From assembly GCA_051294375.1 (NCBI GenBank), contig CM119264.1, forward strand, positions 25,916,450 to 25,980,449: a DNA stretch of 64,000 nt, given 5' to 3'. The number at the start of each line of letters is the position of its first letter. Position 1 is the first letter of the stretch. The DNA is from Paraspadella gotoi. Lineage: Eukaryota > Animalia > Chaetognatha. The notes under the pieces were generated by a model. That model made no database searches. It was not told the DNA's origin and worked only from the letters and a program-made list of their open reading frames with translations. Below are positions 25,440 through 42,003 of this stretch, one piece after another. The position numbers and the translations under genes are program-made.

Positions 25440-26235
25440 GGGGAAAGGAGCAAACTGGAGCAATGAGATGTATATAGAAATGGAGCAAAAGAGACGGTAA
25501 ATGGACAGAAGCAAAGAGATAATAAAGGGACTGGAGCAAAAGAGATAGTAAATGGACAGAAGCAAAGAGATGGTAAAGGTACTGGTGCAAAGAGAGGGTA
25601 AACAAACTGGATCAAAGATATGTTAAGGGAAATGGAGCAAAATAGAGGGTAAATGGACAGAAGCAAAAAGATGGTAAAGGTACTGGAGCAAATAGATGTT
25701 AAGGGAAATAGAGCAAAAGAGATGGTAAATGGACAGAAGCAAAGAGATAATAAAGAGACTGGAGCAAAGAGAGGGTAAACAGACTGGATCAAAGAGATGT
25801 TAAGGGAAATGGAGCAAAATAGATGGTAAATGGACAGAAGCAAAGAGATGGTGAAGGGACTGGAACAAAAATATGTTAAGTGAATAGAAGCAAAGAGAAG
25901 GTAAACAAAATGGAACAAAGAGAGGGTAAACAGACTGGAGCAAAGATATGTTAAGGGGACTGGAGCAAAGGAGATGGTAAATGGACAGAAGCAAAGAAAT
26001 GGTAAAGGTACTGGAGCAACTAGATGTTAAGGGAAATTGAGCAAAAGAGATGGTAAATGGACAGAAGCAAAGAGATGGTAAGGGTACTGGAGCAAATAGA
26101 TGTTAAGGGAAATGGAGCATATGAGATAATAGATGTTAAGGGAAATGGAGCAAATGAGACAGTAAATGGACAGAAACAAAGAGATGGTAAGGGTACTGGA
26201 GTAAAAGAGATGGTAAGGGAACGGGATTTGAAGTG
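25440..26235. repeat. compound purine-rich minisatellite of ~20-23-nt variants (GAGCAAAAGAGATGGTAAATGGACAGAAGCAAAGAGAT...)
   Basis: Variants ending ...GGAGCAAA / ...GAAGCAAA recur in a higher-order pattern; explains the spurious minus-strand ORFs at 25011-26454. Confidence 0.9.
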
Positions 26236-26331
26236 ATCTGGAGCAAAAAGTTGGTAAGAGCAGCTGCAGAGAAGTTTTTGATAATTGGATCGGAGGCGGA
26301 GGCGGACTGGAGAAGAGAGAAGAGAAGAGAA

Positions 26332-26364
<33 letters not shown>

Positions 26365-26991
26365 TATGGGTAGAGAACTACAGGTTATGCTCGGTTCAAA
26401 TTTAATCAGACTCATATATGGAAAGAGCAAAGGAATGTGAGTTCCGATTGTCATAGAAAAGGATAGGCAATTGACTGCAATGAGGACATCATTGAAGTGG
26501 AGGGTCGCCAGGTGGACCTAGCCCAGAGATAACTGGGGGATTGACCAAGTAGTTGGGAGAGAGGAGACCGTAGCAGGAGGCCACCAAACGAAAGAGAAGG
26601 GAGGACAGCTCGGAACGGGAGGGAACTTCGGCCGTTGGAGTAGATAACTGCGTGAGACAAGACTGGAACAAAAGACGGGCGGACGATCGGGGAGAGAATA
26701 GGACAGCGGGACGTAAGAAAGGACAAACGCCGAAGAGACCGAACAATATCTTGGGAGATTAAAGAGGCGACGTCCAAAGAATTATAATTATCATTTAAAG
26801 AGAAAGGAAAACAATTTCGACTGGTTTTGAAATCGTTTTTAACAACTATTTTATAAATGTCTACGACGTCCGTGGCAAACACGTTGTTTTTTTTTTTTTT
26901 CAAAAATTTTCAAAACAATAGAACAAAATGGCTTGTGCTAATTTCACTTGCGACGTGGGAGAAAACATTACAAAAAGTTAAGCAGTTACAA

Positions 26992-27037
<46 letters not shown>

Positions 27038-27253
27038 GAAGAGGAGAAGAGGAGGAGGTTGATAACAGAGTAACCGCCAATCAGGATTAAAGCTTCGATT
27101 CATCAAACTTCTGACGTCGGGATGCCATCCAAATCTTTTTGTCCTTTTCACTTCAGAGAGATCCGAATTTTCAACGACGGCGACGACGACGACAGGGACG
27201 ACGACGACGGTCCGAACTTCGACGACGCTCGCAAACGCTCGCCGACGCGGAGG

Positions 27254-27302
27254 CTTTGAAATTCCGGCGGGGTTAATCCCCGGGGTGACCTTGAGATGAC
27301 CT
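27254..27302. promoter_or_regulatory. candidate enhancer: TCF site CTTTGAA, K50-homeodomain site TAATCC, perfect DR5 (TGACCT-N5-TGACCT)
   Basis: Motifs at 27254-27260, 27274-27279 and 27286-27302 in a GC-rich island ~7 kb upstream of Sp5. Confidence 0.45.
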
Positions 27303-27405
27303 CGCGCCGGCTTTTCTCATGGAACCGAGAGAAGGGGTCAACCGTTTGCGTAAAGCGGAATAAACTTAAAAGAGGAGGCATCGGGGATCGAACTCGCTAT
27401 GTTAC

Positions 27406-27438
<33 letters not shown>

Positions 27439-28107
27439 TTGCGATATTTGAAATCGATGAAGACGGATCGACGTACGGAGGAAGGGATCGAACTCGGATC
27501 GAATTCGACATTCGCTCTCCCGAGTTTTTCTCACGTCGGCAAAGTTTGCGTCAAAACCAGATACGAAAAAATAGTTTTTCCTTGTGGCACGGTCGGCTTG
27601 AGAGGTAATTAGTAAAATTATTATTATGAAGATAAAATTTAATTTTTAAATATTAATTTAATTTATTAATTTATTTATTAATTTATTAATTTATTTATTA
27701 ATAAAAAATTAATTTTTAAATATTAATTATTATTATTTATTCTTATATAATATTTTATTTAATATTAAATTCCAATCTTCTATTATTTTTAACTATTTTA
27801 TAATATTTTTAAAAATTATTAAAATCCATATTATATATATATATATATTTAGCTTATTAGATTTTGAATTTATACATGTAGTTAAATTTTTACCCTTTGC
27901 AATTATTTTTTTAATTAAAAATTTCATAAGTTGGATTAATCTAAAAATATATAAAAAGATATACCAAACCTTAAATCTACCTTTTTACGACCTAAATTCG
28001 GGTAAAATCCAACCGTGTTGGTTTCTCTTTCTCTTTCTCTTCCCGCGGCCGGGCGATTTTTCTTTTTTTTATTTTTCAAATTTTACGATGACGACGACAA
28101 TGACGAT

Positions 28108-28138
<31 letters not shown>

Positions 28139-28316
28139 ACAATGACGACGACGATGACGGTCCGTCGAAGGCGAATTCGAGTTTCCAGAAGAGAAGTTTT
28201 AATCGAAAATCAAAAAGAATATATTTTAATAAATTACGAGCGAAATGAAGGGAGGAGGACGTTTTATAGACGAATGAATCGACCTGAGGCGAAGAGAGAG
28301 AGAGGAGAGGAGGAGA

Positions 28317-28352
<36 letters not shown>

Positions 28353-28492
28353 GAGAGAGAGAGAGAGAAAATGAGTAAGATTTTTTCATGGATCACAGCG
28401 ACCGATATAAAGTTAAGGTTAGAACTGAACTTCTTTTGTCTGCCTATAATAGAATTGTATACAATTTCTCAAATATTCTAGTCTAATATTGT

Positions 28493-28859
28493 GTTAATTT
28501 CCTTTCGTTTTTGTAGATTTTGTAGATTTTGTAGATTTAGAGAAAAACAAAGTTTATTTGTTTATTTACAACGATTTTTATTTTTACATAGGGACATGTT
28601 TCAGCTTTATGTATCAGCGTTGATGAAGGCTTATAACTAAAGCCGAAAGCTTATACATAAAGCTTATACATAAAGCTTATACATAAAGCCGAAAGCTTGC
28701 AGGGACCTGCTATGTCATTATCTTGTAAGAGTGATGGAGGCCTTAAACCACCAAAGCCTGTCCAAAGTCAGGGGCAAGATAGCTTATTTATTAAATGAAT
28801 GGATAATTTTTATATTGGTTGTACCAATTTCATAAACAAATAAACTTTGTTTTTCTCTC
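28493..28859. mobile_element. Penelope-like/retrozyme-like fragment with inverted ends and a hammerhead-like core
   Basis: Flanked by direct repeats GTCTAATATTGT (28481-28492, 28860-28871); inverted repeat GAGAAAAACAAAGTTTATTTGTTTAT near both ends; TTGATGA-A-GGCTT-loop-AAGCC-GAAAGCTT at ~28620-28652; includes part of the 300-bp repeat. Confidence 0.6.
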
Positions 28860-29403
28860 GTCTAATATTGTAATTTTATTTTTTCTAATACTAGATAATA
28901 ATATTCGAATATTTTTTGCTTAGAATAATCAAAATATTCAAAATATACTAATATTATAATTATGGGTATTTAGACAATTTTCGTTTTCTCCAGATCGACC
29001 ACAGTATTCCTATTTAAGTAAAAGATGTAAAAAGAGGTGTAAAAAAGAATTAATGACGACTTATCTAATTGTTTATTAAAGAAAAAACATTTTAATTATA
29101 TACACGACCCCTTTTTCAAGCAGTAGGGTAGATGTAAATATAACAACCAAAGGCACCTTTTTTGTGGAGAGATGTTGCCAGGTTTTCACCACACTGGAAT
29201 CCACAACAACCTAGAAACTCCAGCCACGACACACACAGAATCTCGATTTCACAGTCCCTGTAGAAAACGCGAGAATGGAAAGAGGATATTTGGAGGCAGA
29301 GCGACTATAGTTGTCTGCCTTAAGACAGAATTATTGCAGGCGAGAGGAGAAAAAAAAGCGTCTAGAATTGATTTACAACCGAGGCATGATCTGCCGTTAG
29401 TCG

Positions 29404-29480
29404 AGCCAATCAAAGCCAATCAAAGCCAATCAATGGGGGTCACGTGATCGGCGGCAGCCTTTGATCCTCCGTCCGCCAAT
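29404..29480 (+). promoter_or_regulatory. candidate Wnt-response element: (AGCCAATCAA)x3 with overlapping ATCAAAG, E-box TCACGTGA, GGCGGC-AGC-CTTTGAT
   Basis: All motifs read directly within ~75 bp, ~5 kb upstream of the Sp5 ATG. Confidence 0.55.
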
Positions 29481-29495
29481 TATTAACGCATTCAA

Positions 29496-29544
<49 letters not shown>

Positions 29545-29932
29545 CCGTCAGCTTGACTATTTTTACATTTAACAGAAAACCAGAATATATTTAGTTATCA
29601 CTGAAATAGAGTTGCAATTTTATGATAATAAATATTTGTCCAAAAATAGTTGATTAATGGAATTAATTTGAGTCCTCCAAATTGTTGTAATTTTTATTTT
29701 AATATTGTTTCTTCAGCCAATTTTTTACCAAAAAAACGGTATTCAAACAACGTTTGTAATATATAAGCAGACGCGGATGTACATAAAAAGAAGTGGGTGG
29801 ACATGTTTTTTAATAACAAAAGGGCTTTTAATTAAAAAGAAAAAAAAGAGTGTTTATGAAAAGGCGGGGAAGGCGGGGCCAACCTGTCGAGAGAGGGAAG
29901 GTTTTTCGTGAAAGCAAGAAGCGGATTTTGGC

Positions 29933-29981
<49 letters not shown>

Positions 29982-30939
29982 GAGAGGGGAACGATCAAAG
30001 AGAGCGATGGCCCGGTTGTGTTTCCCTTCGAACGCCATTCAAGAGCCGGCCTCCTATTGGAGGTCGGCATCTTCAGAAGAAAAATCCTTGCGCTCTGATT
30101 GGCCGTCGGCTCCTTTTAGAGTATCGATTTATCAATTCGAGGGGCCGGCCGATCTAAAGGGGCCGGCAGAAAAAAAAGGGGCCGGCCTCGAGGGCCTCGT
30201 CCAGGAGAGTCACCAGTCGTTTCGAGAAAAAGCCACCCCCTCGGCCGACTCTTTAGATATTATTTGACTCTCTCTCTCTTTCTCTTACTCTCTCTATCCC
30301 CCTCCACCTCTCCTCTCTTCTTTCCTTCCTCTCTCCCACCTCTCTTTACCCTTTGCCCTCTCGCTTCTCTCTCGTACTCCAACCAAAAAACTTTTTATTC
30401 AATAAAGAATCCTAGCGTTCGCTCTGAGTTCTATTGAGTTTAGCTTTCATTGAAGAATTTAATTTTATACACGTATAAAAACCCATTTTAAAGTAACGTT
30501 TAACCGCTGTTAATGTTTCTCCCTCAATTTATTGTTACATTGGCGGCGCTTTCTCTTTTGAATGCAAAACAGAAAAACCACAAAGTGAAAAAAAAAAACT
30601 CGAGAGAGTGATTTACGACATCATATATATTTCTAGTTTCCTGCAGCTTTTAGCATTTCATCACAAAAACAGAGAAAGAATGAAAAACAAAACTTCATCT
30701 ACAGAAACTTATTTTATTCTTTTCCCCCACCACCAAAAAAAAAAAAAATCGAAAAAACGGTTGGCAAGAGTCGTTAATTACGCCCAGACTCGGTGAAATA
30801 ATGTGACAAGTTGGACGTTTGAAAGATTTCTTCTGAAGTTTTAGGGGGGGAAATGAAATAAAGAAGGGCATTAACAAACTAGGAAGGCGGTTCGTTTTCC
30901 TCGTCGGCAACTCTTCTGTAAAAACGCGAGCCAGCGACG

Positions 30940-31120
30940 TCGACGGGGAGCCTCGGACCAATGAGAGGCCGACGCCTGGCCGCGACGACGTTGGCGGGGA
31001 GTCGGAGCCAATGAGAGACCGCCCTCGACGCCCGGCGACGTCAGTGGGCCCCGCGTCAGGGGGCCGAGTCGGAAGGAGGGGCAGTCCGAATCCGATCTCG
31101 GCCGGGCCCTGCCACTAATC
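30940..31120. promoter_or_regulatory. CpG-rich promoter/enhancer-like island with two CCAAT boxes (30958, 31008)
   Basis: Very GC-rich, non-coding; CCAATGAG twice, TTGGCGGG and GACGTCA. Confidence 0.4.
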
Positions 31121-31211
31121 GAACCCGAAACCGAAGCTGATAGGCCTCTCCGCCTAAAAACCCCCCCCCCTTTTATCTTCCTCAAATTTTTTCGAGGCTC
31201 TCTCTTTCTCT

Positions 31212-31252
<41 letters not shown>

Positions 31253-31603
31253 AGTCTCGTAATAACAGAGAACGATTATGAGTTCCTTTTTGACTCTCCC
31301 TCTTTCCCTTCCTCTCTCTCCATTTCTCCCTCTCTCTCTCTTATTTCTCTCTCTCTCTTTCTCTCTCTCTCTCCCTCTCTCTCGCTCTCTATTCTCTCTC
31401 TCTCAGACTTTGAAAATCCCGACGTCGCCGACGGTTTATGACTCTTCTCATAGTTTAATTGGACTCTCGGATTTTGGGGCAGAAGAGAAAAGTGAAATAC
31501 GTTGACATCGGTGACGCGACTTGTCTTCAGGCCGTCTTCTTTCTTTCTTTCTTCTTTCTTTCTTTCTTTCTTTTCTTTCTTTCTTTCTTTCTTTCTTTTC
31601 TAT

Positions 31604-31635
<32 letters not shown>

Positions 31636-31838
31636 TTTTTGCATAAGGAACCCGCAAAACGTCTTCCGAGATAAACCTGCCAAAGCCAAGGCTAATTTAA
31701 GCCCTTCCACCTGTCGCCTCCGAATCCAAACGTTTATTTACGATTTTTTGTAAAAGAAAAAAAAAATTATTGATAATGAAATACTGACGATATCAACCGG
31801 GTTGAGACGACCGTAAATTATTCTCGAGCCGGCGATTC

Positions 31839-31883
<45 letters not shown>

Positions 31884-34031
31884 AAAATGAAAAAGGCGCA
31901 GTTTGATTTTATTATATTATATATTATTATATTATTAATTTATTATATTATATTTATTGTTTTGTGATCATTGAAAAAAAAGGGGAAAGATATTTGGCAA
32001 ATGCCAAGACAAAAGTCAGGCAGAGATTGTGAGGTGGAAAAAAAATTGGCAAATTAATATTTCATCGATATAAAAAAAAGCAAATATAAAAAAAATTGAA
32101 TAATGGAAGGTTTAATATACAGGTCTTTTTGTATTTATGAATAGATTTTTGTTCTCTCCCTTATACTCTATCTCTCGTTTTTATGTTATATCTTTTTAGT
32201 TAGTCATTCATTTTTTTAATTCATTTTTTCTATCTCTCTATGTATTATGCTTATTATGTATATGTTTATATATATTTTTCCTGTTTTCTTCTACTTTCCT
32301 TCTCTTTAATTTTCTCTTATCTTATCCAGCTATTTGTTTTTACCCCTCAATATCTTATTGGGCCTTTCTCTCTTCCCTTCGTCCTCATTATCTCTCTCGC
32401 TCTCCCTTTAGCTCGTTTTTCCTTCATAACTCCCTCTCTCTCTCTCTCTCCTCCCACTCTCCCTCTTCATGAGTCAGACTCTCCCTTCTGTTCATTCATT
32501 ATCTTCTCCCTCCCATTTTCCCTCCACTCCTTTCCCTTCCTCCCACTCGTCTTCTCTTTTCTCTTTCCTCTTTTCTTCTCTTCCCCCTTCTCCCTCTTTC
32601 CCTACTACCCTTACTTTCCGTCCCACTTCTCTTTTTTCCTTCCTTTCTCCCTCTCCTCCCTGTCTCCCTTCTTCATTACTTTCCTCCTCTCCTCTCTCTC
32701 ACTTCTCCCTCTTCATACTTTCTCTCCCCTCTCCTCTCCTCCCCTTCTCCCTCTTCATTACTTTCTCCTTCCTCTCCTCCTCCTTCTCCCTCTTCATTAC
32801 TTTCTCCTCCCTCTTCCTCCTCCCCTTCTTCATTATACTTTCTCCTCCCTCTCCTCTCCTCCCCTTCTTCCCTCTTCATTAATATCTCCTCCCTCTCTCC
32901 TCCTTTTTCTCCTCTTCCCCTCCTACCCTCATTTCCGTCCCACTTCTCTTTCTCCTCCCCTTCTCCTCTCCATTACTTACTCCTCCCTCTGTCCCGCTCC
33001 TCCCCTTCTCCCCCCTCTACTTTCCCTCCCTCCACACACTGTATGCCCGGCCCGACTCCAGCGTCTCCGCCCCTTTTATGCCTCGGCGATCCCTCTGTAG
33101 TATGCCGCCACAACGTAGGCCCGCTGGGAGGAGGAAGAGGAGGAGGAGAAAAAGGGGAGGCTCATTTTGGAAGGAGGCTCGACGATGAGGAGGAAGGTGA
33201 GGAGTAGGAGGAGGAAGGAGAGGAGGAGGAGGATGAAGGGGAGGAGGAGGTGGGAGGAAGGAGGAGATCAAACGAAATTTAAAAGCAAAAAAAAAATAAT
33301 TTTTTTTTGAAAAAGCTTTTTAAAGATTTATCCCGGCGATTACGAGAGAGAGAGAATCGAAGTCTTTCTTTCTTTTTAGTTTCCTTTTTTTTTAATGGGG
33401 CTTATAGGTGGATTCTTTTTATTTGGTTGCGGGCGAATTTCGTGGCGATATTTTTAAAGGTTTTATTTTCATGCGGCGACCGTTTATCGCTGAGATTATA
33501 AAAGGTTTTTTGTTAAATGATTTTTTTCCATTTTTTATAACAGGAATATAATCTACTGTATGTGCGGTTTCTAGTGGATAAATTTTGTTTTGTATTTCCG
33601 ACGATTTGCTCACCTAATTACCTTGAACATTAAGGGGTTTTATATTGCTAAATGTATTTCTGAAAATGTCTACCCTGTACTGAAACTCACTATTCATTTT
33701 TGTTTCTCCCTCTCACTCAATCTAATCTGTCCTCACCCACTAAACAGCGACCATTTTTAATTCTTTATTGAAAACTCTCTCTCTCTGTAATAATTATTAA
33801 AATTTAAAAAAGTTTTCAAGAATCAGTGAGGTAGTGTGGGATGTGAGAGACGTAAAGGGTCAGATGAATCGCGATAAAGGATTTAGTTGAGGCCTTGAAG
33901 GTTTATGTTAAAGTATAAAGTTTTAAAAACTAACCACGTTTTTTTACAAAGAAAAGAACATTCTCTCGGTCCACCTTTTTTCCAACCGAACTTTCTTCTT
34001 CTCCTCAGCCTAATTCGCATCGACGTCGACG

Positions 34032-34067
<36 letters not shown>

Positions 34068-34456
34068 ACGTCTTCCTCGAGGCCGCCGCCGTCGAGTTGT
34101 CGTCTTCTTCGTTCTCCTCCTCTTCCTCCTCCTCCTCTTTCCCCGTCGTCGCGATCGTCCATTTAACTCGGGGTCTCGCTCTCTTCGTCCGTCATTCGAA
34201 CTTTTTCACTTCGCGTAGAACGAAACTCAGTTAAAAACTTACCCTACGATCGAACTCACCCTCTTCGGATTCGAACGCGAAATATTAACTCTTCGACCTT
34301 ACCTTTTGCGCCTTACTCGGCCTTTTAGCCTTACCCGACACGAAGCGACAATCATTCTCGGAAATTGTGCGATGCTCAGCGACTTACCTTTGTGAACGAC
34401 GCCACTTCCGGTTCATCTACGCCACGAGCGCCAAACGTTTGGAGAAAAAGCAAATC

Positions 34457-39192
<4,736 letters not shown>

Positions 39193-40354
39193 AGTCGAAG
39201 AGTCGCCGACTTTCCTGACTATACACATTACACAATCAAGTCGCCTATTTGTGATGCCATAACTTTTATTATCGTTATTTGGATTCATATCATCATTATC
39301 ATTAATATTATTTCCATAATCTGTTTTGTACTCATACTAGTTGAAAACTGTTGTTGTTGTTTTTCATTGTTATAGAAGATTTTGTAGAAGTAATTAATTA
39401 TTCATTTCAAAACGACGTGGGTTGACAAATCTTTTTTTTGCAAAAAGAAAAAAAATTATCGAGCTCACTGAAAGTAAATATAAATTATTATAAACGCAGA
39501 AGTAATTGAAAAATAAACGACTGATCCTTTTCACGATTCATAAGATTACTTAAGTTTTAGACATAGCCGACAGAAAGTACTAAATTATTTCTTTTAAAAA
39601 AATGTTTCCGATTTGTTAATCACGACGTACAAAAAATACAGGGTATTTTTGTTTCGCTCGCGATCCATATGTCATTGAGATTCATCTTTTCCGGTGCTAC
39701 GAATTGAATCGATTGAACTTAATTCATTGAATCTCCCTTCTATGTATTCATCAATAGATTCAATTTCTTTGTGTGATTTTTTCTTCTTTAAATGCCATTA
39801 ATATTTCGACTTCTTCCTCTTTGCTAAGACGAAGATTCTTTCATTTGCATTGTTTTTCGCGCTATCGTCATATTTGCTAAGATTATGAATACAGATATTC
39901 TTATTAAAATAAAACTCTTATCATTGAAAGGTTTGTAAGTCAGCAAGAAAATACATTTGTTTAAAAGCTTGCATTTCCAAAAGATCAATGAGAATAATGA
40001 AAATTAGTAAGGCGAACTGACTACATTAAGATGGAGATAATAAAGTTTATATTAGTTTGTGATTTCCTCTGTATGTTCCTTCAGCATGACAGCAACGAAT
40101 CAAGCTGATGTACGCAATAAATTGTATGTGGTGGCTGTGGAATTTCGAGCTGTGGAATTCCGAAATGAGAAAAAAGTCATTTGAACATTGCGTCGGTTAT
40201 CAGTCACAATTTGTGCAATAAAAGTCGCGCAATGTTCAGCGACCCGCGAAGTTTAACAGAAAAAAGAAAACAGACTCCAACATTGTTCGGTATATGGTCG
40301 ACGCTTAGTAAAAATATTCAGCGATATCATGTAGTAGCATACGATGTCAGATCA

Positions 40355-40462
40355 AAAAGTGTGATGAAGGTCTTAAACCGCCAAAGCTTGTCCAAAATCA
40401 GAGGCAAGATAGTTAAGTTATCAAATAAATGGATAATTTTATATTGGTTGTACCAATTTCAA
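40355..40462 (+). mobile_element. diverged fragment of the 300-bp repeat family
   Basis: GTGATGAAGGTCTTAAACCGCCAAAGCTTGTCCAAAATCAGAGGCAAGATAG...TTGGTTGTACCAATTTC aligns with 28730-28832. Confidence 0.75.
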
Positions 40463-42003
40463 TTAATTTTAGTATAAAATGCACAAACGATACAATTGCA
40501 TTATTTCCTTAATATCTTGTTAAGACGTTCATCCGTTCACTCTGTCAAGTCTACGGGACAACGCGGCAATTTTGTCACTTGTCATTTTTAAGCATCCTTG
40601 TCATTCTTGAACGATTCCTCTTCCGCGTTCGCCCTTCGGCCATCGGCCATCGCGGTTCGACAGGAAACATTTCCGCCAGGTTCAGAAGTGGTTGAACTTA
40701 TGGCTCTGTTGTTGCAGTTGTGGCTAAACCAGATCCATACCGTAACTGGCGAATCCTTTTAAGGTATGAACTTGCTCCTATGCATATCAGTTATGGTAAC
40801 ATAATTAGTTCCCACAGTAGTAAGTATCCACTATTTATGTTCTAGCACCAGATCTTCATATACTTCATTTACTTCATAAAACGTGATCATAAATATCAAT
40901 AGTCTAAATTCTACAAGTAAAAAATTTGTAAGTTGAGAACTCCTCAATTTATAAACTTTTAAAAAATCATTAGTTTGAAGAGTTTAAAACTTAGTCAACA
41001 TTTTCAGTAAAAAAAAAAAGAAAGACATCAATTTTTTTATAATCTTTTGTTCAATCCGGGTACAAAACTTGTACCTCTCACTATTGGAGAGCACTGGAAA
41101 TTTTAAAAACAAAAGATTGAAAGTTCTGGAAAATTTCGTTCATTTCTATCCTTCACTTGATTGACGATTCGTGTTCCAAGACGCAAATATTTGTTATTTC
41201 AAAGTTGTGGAAATAATTCAAAATTTTAATAAAGTTAAATTTAAAACATTAATGTATGTACTTAATGAATAAATTTAACTCCTGCATTTCTGTTTACACA
41301 AAGTATATACTATGAACAATTGGTAATTTATAAATTTATATTTTGTGATATATGGATAAAAAAACCTTTTATAGTCTATAAAGTTAAAACAATTAATTAG
41401 GAGATACTCAATAAAAATTTTACTTTATCTTTATGAGAAAAAATTTAATCAGAAAAATAAAAATTAAAAGGAAATTAAAAAAAATTATGTTTTAAAAAGT
41501 ATGAAAACAGAGCATATGCTCTTTTTTCTTACTTTTTAAATAATGCATTTTGTGTGGCAACTGTAACGGGTGTGTTGTTTGTTTGGGACAGCAAAGTACA
41601 AAATTATGACAATATACTAAAACAAAAAATAGTCACAATTTTATAAGTAAAACAATGACCCAAATGTGTTTCCTTTTAATTTTTAGGATTTTTATACAGC
41701 TAATATAAACTAGATACTGTTAAAATATATAGTCCCAAAATCATATTTTTTGTAGAAATAACTTGTTCAGGAGATTTCTTGAATTTTTAGATCAAAGACA
41801 CGTATAGTCCATAACAACTGTTGAATCATTGGGTATTAAAATTTCGTAGAAATTTTTATCTGCGGTTTTAGGATGATATCCTACAAATAAAATCATCACA
41901 ACCCAATAATTTATTTGTCGATAATACGGGTATAAAGAGTCAGCTTGAAAATTTTTTTGACGAGTTCCGGTGACTTTTTAAGTCAGTCAATATATCAATC
42001 AGT

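Noticed and set aside
26384-26532. Two exon-like pieces (YARFKFNQTHIWKEQRN / AIDCNEDIIEVEGRQVDLAQR)
   Set aside because: Implied intron is only ~30 nt and there is no start or homology.
32240-33100. 286-aa Leu/Phe/Pro/Ser ORF
   Set aside because: Stop-free only because the strand is almost purely pyrimidine.
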